64,000 bases of DNA. Origin: Candidatus Bathyarchaeota archaeon. GTDB taxonomy: Archaea; Thermoproteota; Bathyarchaeia; Bathyarchaeales; Bathycorpusculaceae. The DNA is taken from NCBI GenBank assembly GCA_963780185.1, contig CAWABA010000001.1:256001-320000 (forward strand), read 5' to 3'. How positions within the stretch are numbered: the first letter of the stretch is position 1; each line of letters opens with the position of its first letter. The notes beneath the pieces are model-generated. The model was not told the origin of the DNA. It did not search any database and worked only from the letters and a program-made list of their open reading frames with translations. Made by a program: the position numbers and the translations under genes. Shown here piece after piece: positions 31,799 to 41,866 of the stretch.

Positions 31799-34700
31799 TT
31801 AGTCGGCTACGCTAATAAACTTTCTTTCAAAGTCTGGAAGCAGAAACAAGTTCTCGTCGTTGTAGTCGGCTTTTTTTGCGGGTATGGTTATTTGGAATAT
31901 TGCCCCTTTTCCGGGAGTTCCCACTTCTTTTATGGTCCACCCGTAGGCTTCAATCATTTTCTGGACCAGTTTAAGCCCAAGTCCTGAGCCGTTGCCTGTC
32001 GTGAAACCTTCCGCAAATATCTTCTTCTTGTCTGCCTCCGGAATTCCAACGCCGTTATCCTCGTAGAACAGTTTGGTCTCCGCAGCGTCTTTGGTGTAAT
32101 ACAACCGAATTTCATTAACTGCCTTTCCATGCTTCGCTGAGTTGTCGATGAGGTTGTAGAAAAGCTGCCTCAGCAACGGTCCCGCTGTCACGGTTAAACC
32201 TTGGCACTCATTGATAATTATTATGTCTGGCTCAACTATTAGGTTCGCCGCTTGGTCGAAGCAGTCAGCCACGTCTATCTTAGTCGGTTTCTCAATGCCG
32301 ATTTGCTCGAAGAGCCGACTGAACTCGAACAGTTTATCCGATTGTTTTATCGCTGTTTCAATGCCTTCGATGAATTTGGATAGTTCGGGTTGGTTTCCAA
32401 TTTTCTTTTTCAGCAGGAAAAGGTTGGTGTTCGCCACCATGAGTTTGTTTTTGACGTCGTGTCTGGTTAAGGCGCCGACCACGCGGAGTTTCTCGTTTAT
32501 GATCTGGAGCTTCTTGTGGCTTTCTTCCACTTCTTCTTCCTTCTTCTTTAGAACAGATATGTCTTCAAAGCTCTCGATAAGCAGGTTTTTGCCGTTGTGC
32601 CTGATCTTTGCCACGCTCTTTATGACTGGATGGGGTTGACCGTTCGCCTTGATCAAGACTTTTTCTGCTTTTTCAACTGTGCGGTCAAGATCCATAACGG
32701 GGCATTTTCCGACTTCGTTTGGGCATACAAAATTATGGCAGACTTTACCCGTCACATCTTCCTTGCGCGCCCCAAAAATGTTCAACGCCGCTGGGTTAAC
32801 GTCAAGTATCTTGCGGGTTTCGCAGTCAACGACGATGATTCCTGACAGGGTTGAGTTAAGCAATGTCTCAAAGTAGTTCTTGGTTGACTGCAGTTTTTCT
32901 TCGGCTTTTTTGCGTTCAGTAATATCTCTCACTAGCATGCTTGTTTTCAGTGTGCCTTCAGCGTCTGTAAAAACGCTTGAAGTGACTTCGCCCTCAAAGG
33001 TCAAGCCGTCTTTGCGTTTAAAGGTAAGTTCTGCCTTCATCTTGCCGTTTCTTTCGCGTTCTTTGACAGCATTTTTCAAACGTTTGTCAACAACAACTAC
33101 GTCGTTTCTTCCAGCTTTCTGGATTTCTTTTTCGCTCATGCCAAGCATGCGTTCTGCTGCCGGGTTAGCTGAAAGGATGGTTCCGTCAGGTTTAGTCAAC
33201 ATAACCGCGTCGAGACTGTTGTCAAACAAGGAGCGGAACTGAACCTCGCTTGACCTTAAAGCGTCTTCCGCCTTTTTCTGCGCGGTGACATCTTCAAGTT
33301 CACAAATGAAAACTTCAGGTTTAGCATCTTTGTCCCTCACGGCGCTCACGGTGACTTTTCCATCGATGATCTTACCTTTTTTTGTCACGTAACGTTTTTG
33401 CTGGCTGAAATATGGGATGGCTCCGGAAACAAGCTGCTTCATTAGTTCGTTGCTTGCGTCAACGTCGCCCGCTTGGGTAATTGTCCTGTAAGTTAAGTTC
33501 TTCAGTTCATTCTCCGTGTAGCCGAGAATTTTGCAGAATGTTTTGTTTGCGCTAAGAAACTTCATGTTCGGGTCTGAAGTGGCTATGCCTACAGGCGCGT
33601 TGGAGATTATTGCTTCCAGTTTTGCTTGGCTGTTTTTCAATAAAGATTCGTTTTTCTTTGATTCTGTTATGTCAGTGACTACGCCAAGAATGGCTTTTTC
33701 TCCCCCGTAGTCGATGAGTTTCGTATTGATTTCTGACTCAATTTTTCTTCCGTCTTTAGCGACAAGCCTGTATTCGTAACGGGAGATGTCTTCGCCTCTC
33801 TGATGCATGGCAAAAGCTTTTCTCAAAATCTCGATGGATTCGGGCGATATTATCGACATGAAATCAAAATCGGGAGCGCAGAATTCCTCTCGTGTGTAAC
33901 CCATTATTTCCTCGCATTTCTTGTTTGCGTAGACTACTTTGCCCTTTTGATTGATGAAAATCATGTTTGGGGATTCGTCAGCTAATGTTCTGAATTTCTC
34001 TTCCGACTCCATTAGCTTTGCTTGAGCGTTTTTGCGCTCGGTTATTGGCACAGCGAGTTCGATTGCGGCTGTGATGTTTCCCTTCTTGTCTTTGAGAGAT
34101 GTGGCTCGCAATTCGACCCAGGTGACTTCGCCTTTTGAGTTCACGGACTTGTACTCATGAATGTCGATGGGGACATTCTGCTCAAAGACTTTCTTGACGC
34201 CGCAGTCAACACAAACCGCTTTTGAGTTCGATACTTCATGGCATTTCTTATTCGGTGCAAACCCTACTTTTCTAAGCGCCGAGTTCGCCCAAACAACCCG
34301 ATACCCTTTATCGATAATTGCCAGACCAGCCCCTATATTTTCCGTTACTCTTTCAAGGGCATAGTATCTCTCTTCAAGTCCCGCCTCGGCTTTCTTGCGT
34401 TCAGTGATGTCTAGAGCAATTCCTCTTGCTCCCATAACCCTACCTTTTTTGATGACTGGCGTACTAGTTAATAGAACCGGAAAACGGGAGCCATCCTTTC
34501 TGACAAACGTATACTCATTGCTTTGCCGTACGTTTCCCAAAAACATCTGTTTCATGTTTTCTTTTGAACGATCAACATCCTCTGGCGCAACAAGACAATT
34601 TACGTTGAAGCCATTGGCGAAATCCTCTTCGGAGTATCCTGTGAGTTCATATGCTCTCTTGTTGGCAAAGAGCATTTGTGCGTTAGCGTCTATTTCAAAG

Positions 34701-35935
34701 ACCATTTCTGGCAGACGGTTAACAAGCTCGCGATATTTTGCTTCGCTTTCTGAAAGCGACGCTTCCGCTTTTTTCCGTTGAGTAACGTCTCTTGCAAAAA
34801 CAGCGATTCCGAACGTTTTTTCTCCATGTTTCATCACGTTAAAAGTTAGCTCTAAGACTCTCGGATCTCTTAGTGTCGCATATTCAATTGTAAATGAGCC
34901 TTCCATTAACGCTCTTTTGTTGAGTTGATTCCATCTTTGAGCTATTTGCTTGGTGGGCATCATGTCTTCGGCGGTCATGCCTGCCCTAACCTGTAAGTTT
35001 TGTGTCTTCAGAAAGTAGTTGCTAACAGCTTTGTTGAAAGTGAGAAGGGTGAAGTCGTCCGCATTAACGGACCAAATCATGTCTTCCGTGCTGTTAACAG
35101 TCGAATTCATCAACGCCTGGGTCTCATTCAAAGCGTCCTCAGTGGCTTTGCTCTTCGTCACGTCAATTAGGTTGGAGATTGAATGAGGCTCCCCGTTGAT
35201 GTCGACTGTAATGAAGGACGCGTCAACCAGTTTTGTTTCGCCTGATTTGGTAACAACCTCAAGCCCTCTTTTCTGGGCTCGTCCTTCGCGCAGAAGTTTA
35301 CAAATCAATTCTTCCTGTTCAGATGGGTTCTTCCAGCCTTTAAAGGCCAGGATTTCTTTTCCGAGAATTTCATCGCGTGAGTACTCCATTAATCTTTCGA
35401 AGCTCAGATTGCAATCAACGATTTTTTTATCTGCGAGATTGAAAACCGTAATGCCCGCAGGTGATTCGTCAAAAATCCTTTTGAACTTCTCCTGAGATTC
35501 CTTGAGAGCCAATTTGGTTTTGTTTGTAGTCACAGCCAGCCTTATTCCATGAGCGAGTTCACCGTAGACTGTTTCAGGGTTCCCCTGCTTGTTGTAATAT
35601 CCGCCTGCTCCAAGGTTCAGAGCTTCAACAGCTATCTCTTCTCTTCCTTTCCCCGTAAAAAGAATGAACGGGATCGGGTTTTTTTGTTCTTTGAGTTCCT
35701 TCAGAAAATCTAAGCCGTTTTTGCTGGGCATTTCATAATCAGAGACAACAACATCATACTGTCGGCTCTGCAGCTTTTTGAAAGCCTCCTCAACGCTGGA
35801 TGCAAAATCAATTTCGAAGTTGCCCTCTGTCATCAGTATCTGCTTGGACACCTCCAGTATGGAGGCGTCATCGTCAACGTGAAGGACACGCAAAGAATCG
35901 CCTGCATCTATGGTTTCGCGAGCAATCATCCGCAT
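31799..35935 (-). CDS. Hybrid sensor histidine kinase (REC, multiple PAS domains, HisKA/HATPase)
   Basis: VLHVDDD…SDYEMP receiver; repeated DITERKKAE PAS ends; RHDVKNKL, NLIDNSAKHG, DNGVGI, GSGLGL. Confidence 0.93.
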   Translation of the reverse strand: MRMIARETIDAGDSLRVLHVDDDASILEVSKQILMTEGNFEIDFASSVEEAFKKLQSRQYDVVVSDYEMPSKNGLDFLKELKEQKNPIPFILFTGKGREEIAVEALNLGAGGYYNKQGNPETVYGELAHGIRLAVTTNKTKLALKESQEKFKRIFDESPAGITVFNLADKKIVDCNLSFERLMEYSRDEILGKEILAFKGWKNPSEQEELICKLLREGRAQKRGLEVVTKSGETKLVDASFITVDINGEPHSISNLIDVTKSKATEDALNETQALMNSTVNSTEDMIWSVNADDFTLLTFNKAVSNYFLKTQNLQVRAGMTAEDMMPTKQIAQRWNQLNKRALMEGSFTIEYATLRDPRVLELTFNVMKHGEKTFGIAVFARDVTQRKKAEASLSESEAKYRELVNRLPEMVFEIDANAQMLFANKRAYELTGYSEEDFANGFNVNCLVAPEDVDRSKENMKQMFLGNVRQSNEYTFVRKDGSRFPVLLTSTPVIKKGRVMGARGIALDITERKKAEAGLEERYYALERVTENIGAGLAIIDKGYRVVWANSALRKVGFAPNKKCHEVSNSKAVCVDCGVKKVFEQNVPIDIHEYKSVNSKGEVTWVELRATSLKDKKGNITAAIELAVPITERKNAQAKLMESEEKFRTLADESPNMIFINQKGKVVYANKKCEEIMGYTREEFCAPDFDFMSIISPESIEILRKAFAMHQRGEDISRYEYRLVAKDGRKIESEINTKLIDYGGEKAILGVVTDITESKKNESLLKNSQAKLEAIISNAPVGIATSDPNMKFLSANKTFCKILGYTENELKNLTYRTITQAGDVDASNELMKQLVSGAIPYFSQQKRYVTKKGKIIDGKVTVSAVRDKDAKPEVFICELEDVTAQKKAEDALRSSEVQFRSLFDNSLDAVMLTKPDGTILSANPAAERMLGMSEKEIQKAGRNDVVVVDKRLKNAVKERERNGKMKAELTFKRKDGLTFEGEVTSSVFTDAEGTLKTSMLVRDITERKKAEEKLQSTKNYFETLLNSTLSGIIVVDCETRKILDVNPAALNIFGARKEDVTGKVCHNFVCPNEVGKCPVMDLDRTVEKAEKVLIKANGQPHPVIKSVAKIRHNGKNLLIESFEDISVLKKKEEEVEESHKKLQIINEKLRVVGALTRHDVKNKLMVANTNLFLLKKKIGNQPELSKFIEGIETAIKQSDKLFEFSRLFEQIGIEKPTKIDVADCFDQAANLIVEPDIIIINECQGLTVTAGPLLRQLFYNLIDNSAKHGKAVNEIRLYYTKDAAETKLFYEDNGVGIPEADKKKIFAEGFTTGNGSGLGLKLVQKMIEAYGWTIKEVGTPGKGAIFQITIPAKKADYNDENLFLLPDFERKFISVAD

Positions 35936-36278
35936 TACCCGTTAACTTAAACCTATTAGCAAAACCAATAAATCCGTTATGAATCTTGGATAAACGTTTT
36001 TCAAGAAATTTAAAAAGGCAAAGTTTGCATTTCCAGAAGCTGATTCCAAAAAGGGCTAAAGTAGTTGGGTTTTGGGGTAAGGTGAGGGGGTTTGCCCCTC
36101 CCTCTTCGAAGCTCAACTTTTACATTACCGACAAGCGCTCTTTTGCCTTAAAAGGGATATTTCGAATCTCGTAATATATCCAGTTGTACAAGAATACAAT
36201 TGGCTTAAAGGTGCTCTTGGCGGCTTTTTAGGTACACATTTTCTTTTGACGGCTCGTATTACTCTTTTAGTAGTTATT

Positions 36279-36662
36279 TTATGTAGGCTTTTTGGACCGC
36301 TTTTCTATTCTGTAATTCTGAATCTCTCTTAGGATTGCTGTCTCAGAAATTTTCTTTCGCTTGATTTCATCGAGGTCGCCAAAAAGTTCTTTTATGCCTA
36401 GAATGTCTTCGATTTCTTTTTTTCCTTTACCTATTACGAGTAGCTTCTTCTGTTTCGAAGTTTTCCCAGATGTTATCTCGACTTTCGCGCAAAAAAGCTT
36501 CGAAATTTCCTTAATGATTTCTTTGTTTACTTTGCCTTTCACGGGTTCTTCGGTGCTGTGGACAACTATTTCGCCGCCATCCAACTCGACGCTGAATTTG
36601 GGAGAGTTGGGTTTAACGAAAATGGTGATGATGGTGCCGTCTTTGGTTTCTTTGATGCTCAT
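36279..36662 (-). CDS. DUF167/UPF0235 family protein
   Basis: IFVKPNS, EEPVKGKVNKEI, ITSGKTSKQK; start overlaps the top1B stop (ATGA). Confidence 0.85.
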   Translation of the reverse strand: MSIKETKDGTIITIFVKPNSPKFSVELDGGEIVVHSTEEPVKGKVNKEIIKEISKLFCAKVEITSGKTSKQKKLLVIGKGKKEIEDILGIKELFGDLDEIKRKKISETAILREIQNYRIEKRSKKPT

Positions 36663-38306
36663 GCAGTTATGCACTCGCATGGCTGCGCTTGCGTTTTACT
36701 TTGCAGTGCCCAGCTGAATTTGTTGCGCAGGGTTTTAGGGTAGAATTTTTCGATGTCGAACTTGACTTTTTTCGCCCATTTCACGTAAGCCGTCGGGTCA
36801 ATGTACGATTTCAGCGACGTGCCCAAATTGTATTCTTTTGTCAGCTTGGTGAGTTCCAAGTCAAGCTTTGCCCTCTCTATTCGGGTCTGAAGCGATTCGG
36901 TTTTTTTGCCTTCTTTCTTTTTGGCTTGCAACTGGACTTCGAGCGATTTTAGGTTGGCTTCTTTCTTCTCCAGCCGCTGGTCAAATGTCGGCGGCACCTT
37001 TTTCTTGTGGTTCGCTACTACTGCGACTTCGTAGTTAGCCATTTTTGCCACGTAGGCTTTCTTGTAATCGGGAGTCTCCTTTGTTACTTTTTCCTTCTCT
37101 GTTTCATTTTTAAGAGCTATTTCAAGTGTGGTGGTGCATTTCCAGGTGCGAAACACCTTGGCTGAAAGTTTAGGTATTTTCTCGGAGAGGAAACGGGCTA
37201 CCTTTTTGGAGTCGACGCCTTCAAAGAGGTATTGTTTGCTTGTCTTCATGTAATTTTGGATGTTTCGAATGACTTCTGGCGGCGCTGGAAGAGTCTTGTC
37301 CCATTCCACGCTGTCTTTGCCCAGAAAATGGAAGTTCAGTTGGTTTCCATCAATTTTCACGTGCTCCGCCCTAAGCGTAATTGCGCCCACGGTGTCGGCT
37401 TCATCAGGGTCCTTTTCGTCGCCAACCCTCATGTTAACAGCGAAAATAAGCCAAGCCACAGTCGCGACTTTGCGTCTGTCTTCTTCCTTGGAATCCAAAT
37501 TCCTCTGAATATGCTGCTCGATAGTTTTGATTTGTTTGCCCAGTGTTTCGGCTTTCTGGAATTTTTCTTTCTCGCGGTTCTGCTTCAAAAACGCGGTGTC
37601 GCTGAACCAAACGTACTTGATTTTTCCTGTAAGCTTGTCTTCCCATTTGGCAACGTACATCTTTTCGGGTTCCCAAACAACTCCTTTCCAGTTTCCAGCT
37701 GGAACAGGCGCGTCAGGAGGCAAATTCAGAACGATGTCGCCTTCGCTTGGTCCGTCCTTCCATTTTCCACGTTGCGGATGGTCGCCGCGCCCCGCGAAGA
37801 GGCACGACGGCTCAGAGGTCCAGTTAGCAATCTTCTAGCTTTTGCCCATCAAGGATCGCATAACCATATTTTTCTTTAAATTCCAACTGTTTTGCTTTGC
37901 GTTCTTCTGCCTGCTGCTTTTTGATTTCTTTGGTTAAGGCTTCTTTTTTTGCTTTCTCTGTTTCGATGAAGCTGCAGACTTGGCTGAAGTCGATTTCGTC
38001 GTTGCTGGTTTGGGTTTCAGGATGCTCGATGCCTTTCAAGTAACTTGGGATAAACTGATTTAGGAAGCCTGCGGATGCATTCTCTTTTTTGAGTTCGCCA
38101 AGGAATTCCCGCATAAAATTAAGTTTGAAAACTTTGTCTGGCGGGGACACTGCGGATAAGGTTTTTCTTACCCACGCAACCGCCATCTGCTCGCTCTTAG
38201 GCGTCAACTTCAGGGTTTGACCCTTGATTTTGACGTTGAAGCCTTTATAATCGTAAACTGGAACGAATATGCCGTTATGCTGTAGACTTTTCATAACGTG
38301 TCGCAT
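36659..38306 (-). CDS. top1B: DNA topoisomerase IB, eukaryote-like, frameshift near 37832
   Basis: LQHNGI N-terminus; rejoined EPSCLFAGRGDHP; MRVGDEKD, FLGKDSV, KVFRTW, ANH and GTSLKSYIDP catalytic motifs. Confidence 0.92.
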
Positions 38307-38471
38307 TTCTAAACCTCAATTTCTCGAGTAAACGACTTTTTACCTTTAAACCGTTTCCCGAACTAATTAACTTTACAGCTTCTTTTTGGTGCTAAAGCTG
38401 CAACTTTCCATTACCGAGCCCCCGAAGCTTAAAAAGATATAGCTGAAAACGCCGAAGTTTTCTGGGCGTGG

Positions 38472-38879
38472 TTATGAAAACAGGGTTTTCTGCTTCTTCG
38501 CAGCCCGACTATCCTGCAGCTTTCGGTAGACGGCTTCCACGTTTTTGCGTTCAACAAATCCCTTGTGAGGGCGAAAGCCGCCGCCGAACGCGCCTGGAAT
38601 ATGCATTAACTCGTGGATGAGCGTTTTTTCTTGGTCTTCAGCCCGCATTTTATCGTAGACTTCCGAGATGACCTCTATCGTGTAGGACGGCGGCAGGTTC
38701 AAAACTCCCTGCCAAATCTTGCCTAACCCGTGGATGCGCGCAATTGTGCGTCTGGCTTTGGAGCCTCTGCTTCTGACGCAATAAACAAACTGTGGCACGA
38801 CGTGGAAGAACTCGCATTCTTCCGCTAGCTGGTCGACGTGTTTTTTGATTTCTGGCGCTTCAAAATACTTTATCGGCAC
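38472..38879 (-). CDS. Small putative zinc metallopeptidase (HExxH; COG4900-like)
   Basis: RSRGSKARRTIARIHGL…YTIEVISE…LIHELMHIP. Confidence 0.8.
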   Translation of the reverse strand: MPIKYFEAPEIKKHVDQLAEECEFFHVVPQFVYCVRSRGSKARRTIARIHGLGKIWQGVLNLPPSYTIEVISEVYDKMRAEDQEKTLIHELMHIPGAFGGGFRPHKGFVERKNVEAVYRKLQDSRAAKKQKTLFS

Positions 38880-39266
38880 CTTGTTTCCCTCTCTTCCGCA
38901 ATGCTACGTATGATGTTTGGGTCAAGAAGTTAAATGCTTTTCCACGGTGCGGCGGCAAAGGCAAGCTTCTACCCGATTATTTTTTTCACGTACGGCACTT
39001 TTAGCAGCGGGTACAGTGTCAAAGCACTGGAATTTCCACTTTGGATGGCAAAGCGTAGATGCTTATGTACAAAAATCCGAGGTGGAAGATGAGCCACTCA
39101 GGAGCCCTTCAAAGATTCTGCTGGGGGTAAGCGGTGCTCCGTTGATGTAGAAAGCTCCAGGCAAAGTAGGCTGTTGTCTAAAAAATCATGGGGATTCTGA
39201 TGCGGGCAAACTTTTTCTTGAAGAAGACTTTTATCGCAAAAGAAACCATTCTTTACTTGATGTTTT

Positions 39267-39698
39267 ATGCCGGCAGTTAAGGATATCATGACTAAGGATG
39301 TGGTTACGATTGATGTTGGGCAAAGCGTCTTTGAGGCAGCTGAACTAATGTCTGCAAAAGGCGTAGGCTGCTTGGTCGTCACGGATAAGGCTGTCCCCGT
39401 AGGAATCATCACTGAAAGGGACTTTGTGAGGAGAATCGTGGCGCAACGCGCTTCGCTGGACGTGGCTGTGTCTGAAATTATGACTAAAAACCTCGTCACC
39501 GTTGTCCCCGACGCCTCAATCAAGGATGCCGCGCGGCTGATGTCAAGCCACAAAATCCGAAGGCTACCCGTTCTACAGCAAAACAAGCTTGTCGGGATAC
39601 TTGTCGCCACGGATTTGGTGCGGAACGTTGGCAAAAAAACCACGGCTGAAGAAATCCTTGACGCCATCGGACGCTACCCATCTGGCTTCCTCGCTTAA
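39267..39698 (+). CDS. CBS-domain pair protein
   Basis: VKDIMTKDVVT…GIITERD…IRRLPV…LVGIL. Confidence 0.9.
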   Translation: MPAVKDIMTKDVVTIDVGQSVFEAAELMSAKGVGCLVVTDKAVPVGIITERDFVRRIVAQRASLDVAVSEIMTKNLVTVVPDASIKDAARLMSSHKIRRLPVLQQNKLVGILVATDLVRNVGKKTTAEEILDAIGRYPSGFLA

Positions 39699-39866
39699 TG
39701 CAAACTTCTGGGCGAATTGAGCCGAGGCAGCATTTGCAAATGGGTTGCTAGGGACATTAAACAATACTTTATGCAGGATTTTGTTTTTCGTAACCTGTTT
39801 TGCGCTAATTTAGCAAAACTTTATAACATCGCCAAACGTTTTGGATTCTAAAAAGGTAGAATCAAG

Positions 39867-40790
39867 ATGAAATTCGGCACATACATGTTTGAAGCAAAGA
39901 AAGTTGAAGGCTTCGACTATGACCTTTTCCGAGTTAAACCAGAAGTAGGCAGACGATTACCGCCAAAACCTGACATGCACAGCAACATCGCAATCTTCGG
40001 AGACAACGTTACAGCCCGCAACCACCCAGACTGGATTTCTCAGTCAGCCCTCGGCCCAGCATGGAGAACCAACGATAACTTCAACGTCAGATGGGACGTT
40101 TTATGCGCAACTCAGCCAGACCACCGCGCAGAGCAACTTGACTACATCGAAGACGTCGCACGCAAAAGCCCAGGTGTATGGCTAAACAGCATACACTTCG
40201 CAGAGCACGGACACTGCATATGCCCACGCTGCCAAGAACTTTGGAAGAAAAGCGGCTTAAGCTGGTACGAATGGCGCAGAAAAGAAATTACCGATTACAT
40301 GGCACTGGTAAGCGAACGTGTTCGCGACCGAGCTAAAAGCAAATTTGTCATCGGTGTTCTTCCTGACCCAGTTACAAACTATGAACGCTTCGGAGTTAAC
40401 TTTGACGACCTTGCCCCTCTGACCGACGAATTTCTCGTGGTCATGTTCAGCAAGAACTATGCTACACCTTGGTACTGGGAAATGCTGACACGCAGCTTCA
40501 AGAAACTCTTCAAAGACGTCAAGTTGAACATTGCATTGTACGTTATCGGCCCCGGCGACGACCCAAGAGAAACACCAACCGTAAATGAACTCCTGACAGT
40601 CTCAGTTCGCATGGCAAGAGCAGGCGTAGACGGCATCCTATACTTAACAGACAAAGCTGCACAGATGGTTGAGTTCCAGAAAGCTGCGATCGCTCAAAAA
40701 GACACTCGTGAGCGCCTTAAGAGCTACGGTGGCAAAGCAGGCCAAGAAGTCCTTGACCTAGTTACAAGCTGGGAAAAGATCGTAGAATAA
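39867..40790 (+). CDS. Hypothetical protein, glycoside-hydrolase-like TIM barrel with CxCxxC
   Basis: HPDW, LCAT.PD, GVWLNSIHF, HCICPRC, W.EWRRKEIT pattern of GHL-type barrels. Confidence 0.6.
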   Translation: MKFGTYMFEAKKVEGFDYDLFRVKPEVGRRLPPKPDMHSNIAIFGDNVTARNHPDWISQSALGPAWRTNDNFNVRWDVLCATQPDHRAEQLDYIEDVARKSPGVWLNSIHFAEHGHCICPRCQELWKKSGLSWYEWRRKEITDYMALVSERVRDRAKSKFVIGVLPDPVTNYERFGVNFDDLAPLTDEFLVVMFSKNYATPWYWEMLTRSFKKLFKDVKLNIALYVIGPGDDPRETPTVNELLTVSVRMARAGVDGILYLTDKAAQMVEFQKAAIAQKDTRERLKSYGGKAGQEVLDLVTSWEKIVE

Positions 40791-40933
40791 GCCAAACAAA
40801 ACCAATCGCAGGCATGAGTGGTCAAAAAACCACCAGGCTGCACTTTTTATAATTTTTGTTCTCCAGCAGGCAGGCTTTGAGTTGCCTCATGCTCAAGAAA
40901 AAGCCTTCAAAAGGAAGGAAGAAATGTTTTTGT

Positions 40934-41371
40934 TTAATGTATGTAGTCTAATGCTCTGGTTTTGGTTTCCCGTATTTCCTTCATGGATTCGTACTGTGCT
41001 TCGATGAGGATTTTGAGTGCGTCAATGTTCTTTTTCACTTCGTCCAACTCGCCTGTTTTGAGCAAAATTCCTGATTTTACGAGTTGCTCATTCATTTTGT
41101 CAACGGTAACTTGAAGCACCTTTACTTTGAAAGCGAAAATCTGCAGCGTGTAAAGCAGGCTTAGCTGGCTGTTCAAGGTTTCCAGCTGGTCCAAGTAACG
41201 GGTTTTCTTTATGAACGCCTTTATTTTCTGCTCGTCGGAAGCGTCGGGCGCCTGCATAATCTGCTCGTAGAGGGCTGACTGCTTCCACGTTGCCTCTTTG
41301 GTTTCATCCACAACTTTCTGAATCCGCTTAGCGGTTTTATCTAACATATCTAATACTTCATCCAAACCCAT
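40934..41371 (-). CDS. Hypothetical coiled-coil protein
   Basis: 145-aa helical ORF with GGGGAG RBS. Confidence 0.7.
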   Translation of the reverse strand: MGLDEVLDMLDKTAKRIQKVVDETKEATWKQSALYEQIMQAPDASDEQKIKAFIKKTRYLDQLETLNSQLSLLYTLQIFAFKVKVLQVTVDKMNEQLVKSGILLKTGELDEVKKNIDALKILIEAQYESMKEIRETKTRALDYIH

Positions 41372-41470
41372 TCTCCCCTAAACAATCGGTAACTATGGTT
41401 CCAACACTGTAACAACCATTATATATAATTTTAAACCCAAACCAAAACGGGACTCACATGTATGTGCTGT

Positions 41471-41594
41471 AATCAACCGTCAGGTTCACGGGATCCATTG
41501 TCGCGACAAAGTAGTGACCGTGGCTCTCTTGAAAGCCGTCGGCGGAGACGTCGCCCAATGGGAGACTAACTGTCCAAACGCCTGAATGTTGATT
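41471..41594. ncRNA. Candidate structured non-coding RNA (long interrupted hairpin)
   Basis: Nested pairings AATCAAC/GTTGATT, TCAGG/CCTGA, TCCATTG/CAATGGG, GCGAC/GTCGC, GGCT/AGCC; TATA-like box at ~41420. Confidence 0.35.
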
Positions 41595-41866
41595 TCTGCG
41601 GATTTAAAAGTTCGTAAGTTGCACGCGGAAGAAAAAAGCCGAAAACTCTTTTTCAAGTTGGTTTTAAGCAAGCGTTTCTATCGGGAAGCCAATTCAGCCA
41701 TAGAAGGCTTATTTATGCTAAAACTGCGTAGGAAAATGGGTTTTTTTAAATTTGGGGCTATTTAGCGTTTATCGTGTTGTTGTTTTGTTGCAGTCACATA
41801 GTTAAATATATTGAAGCAAAATTGTTGTTGTATTGGCAATCCAAGCTTTTTTTGGAGGAAAAACAA

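Noticed and set aside
36659-38306. Naturally split two-subunit topoisomerase IB
   Set aside because: Removing one base near 37832 restores a continuous conserved sequence (EIANWTSEPSCLFAGRGDHP)
39078-39130. 13-codon ORF (MSHSGALQRFCWG) with GAGGTG RBS, or a C/D-box-like RNA
   Set aside because: Too short to support, and no complete C/D box set is visible
41471-41594. TPP riboswitch or 6S RNA
   Set aside because: Only a CCCGTGAACCTGA-like fragment on the minus strand; CTGAGA and other core motifs are missing, so it is kept as an unknown RNA candidate
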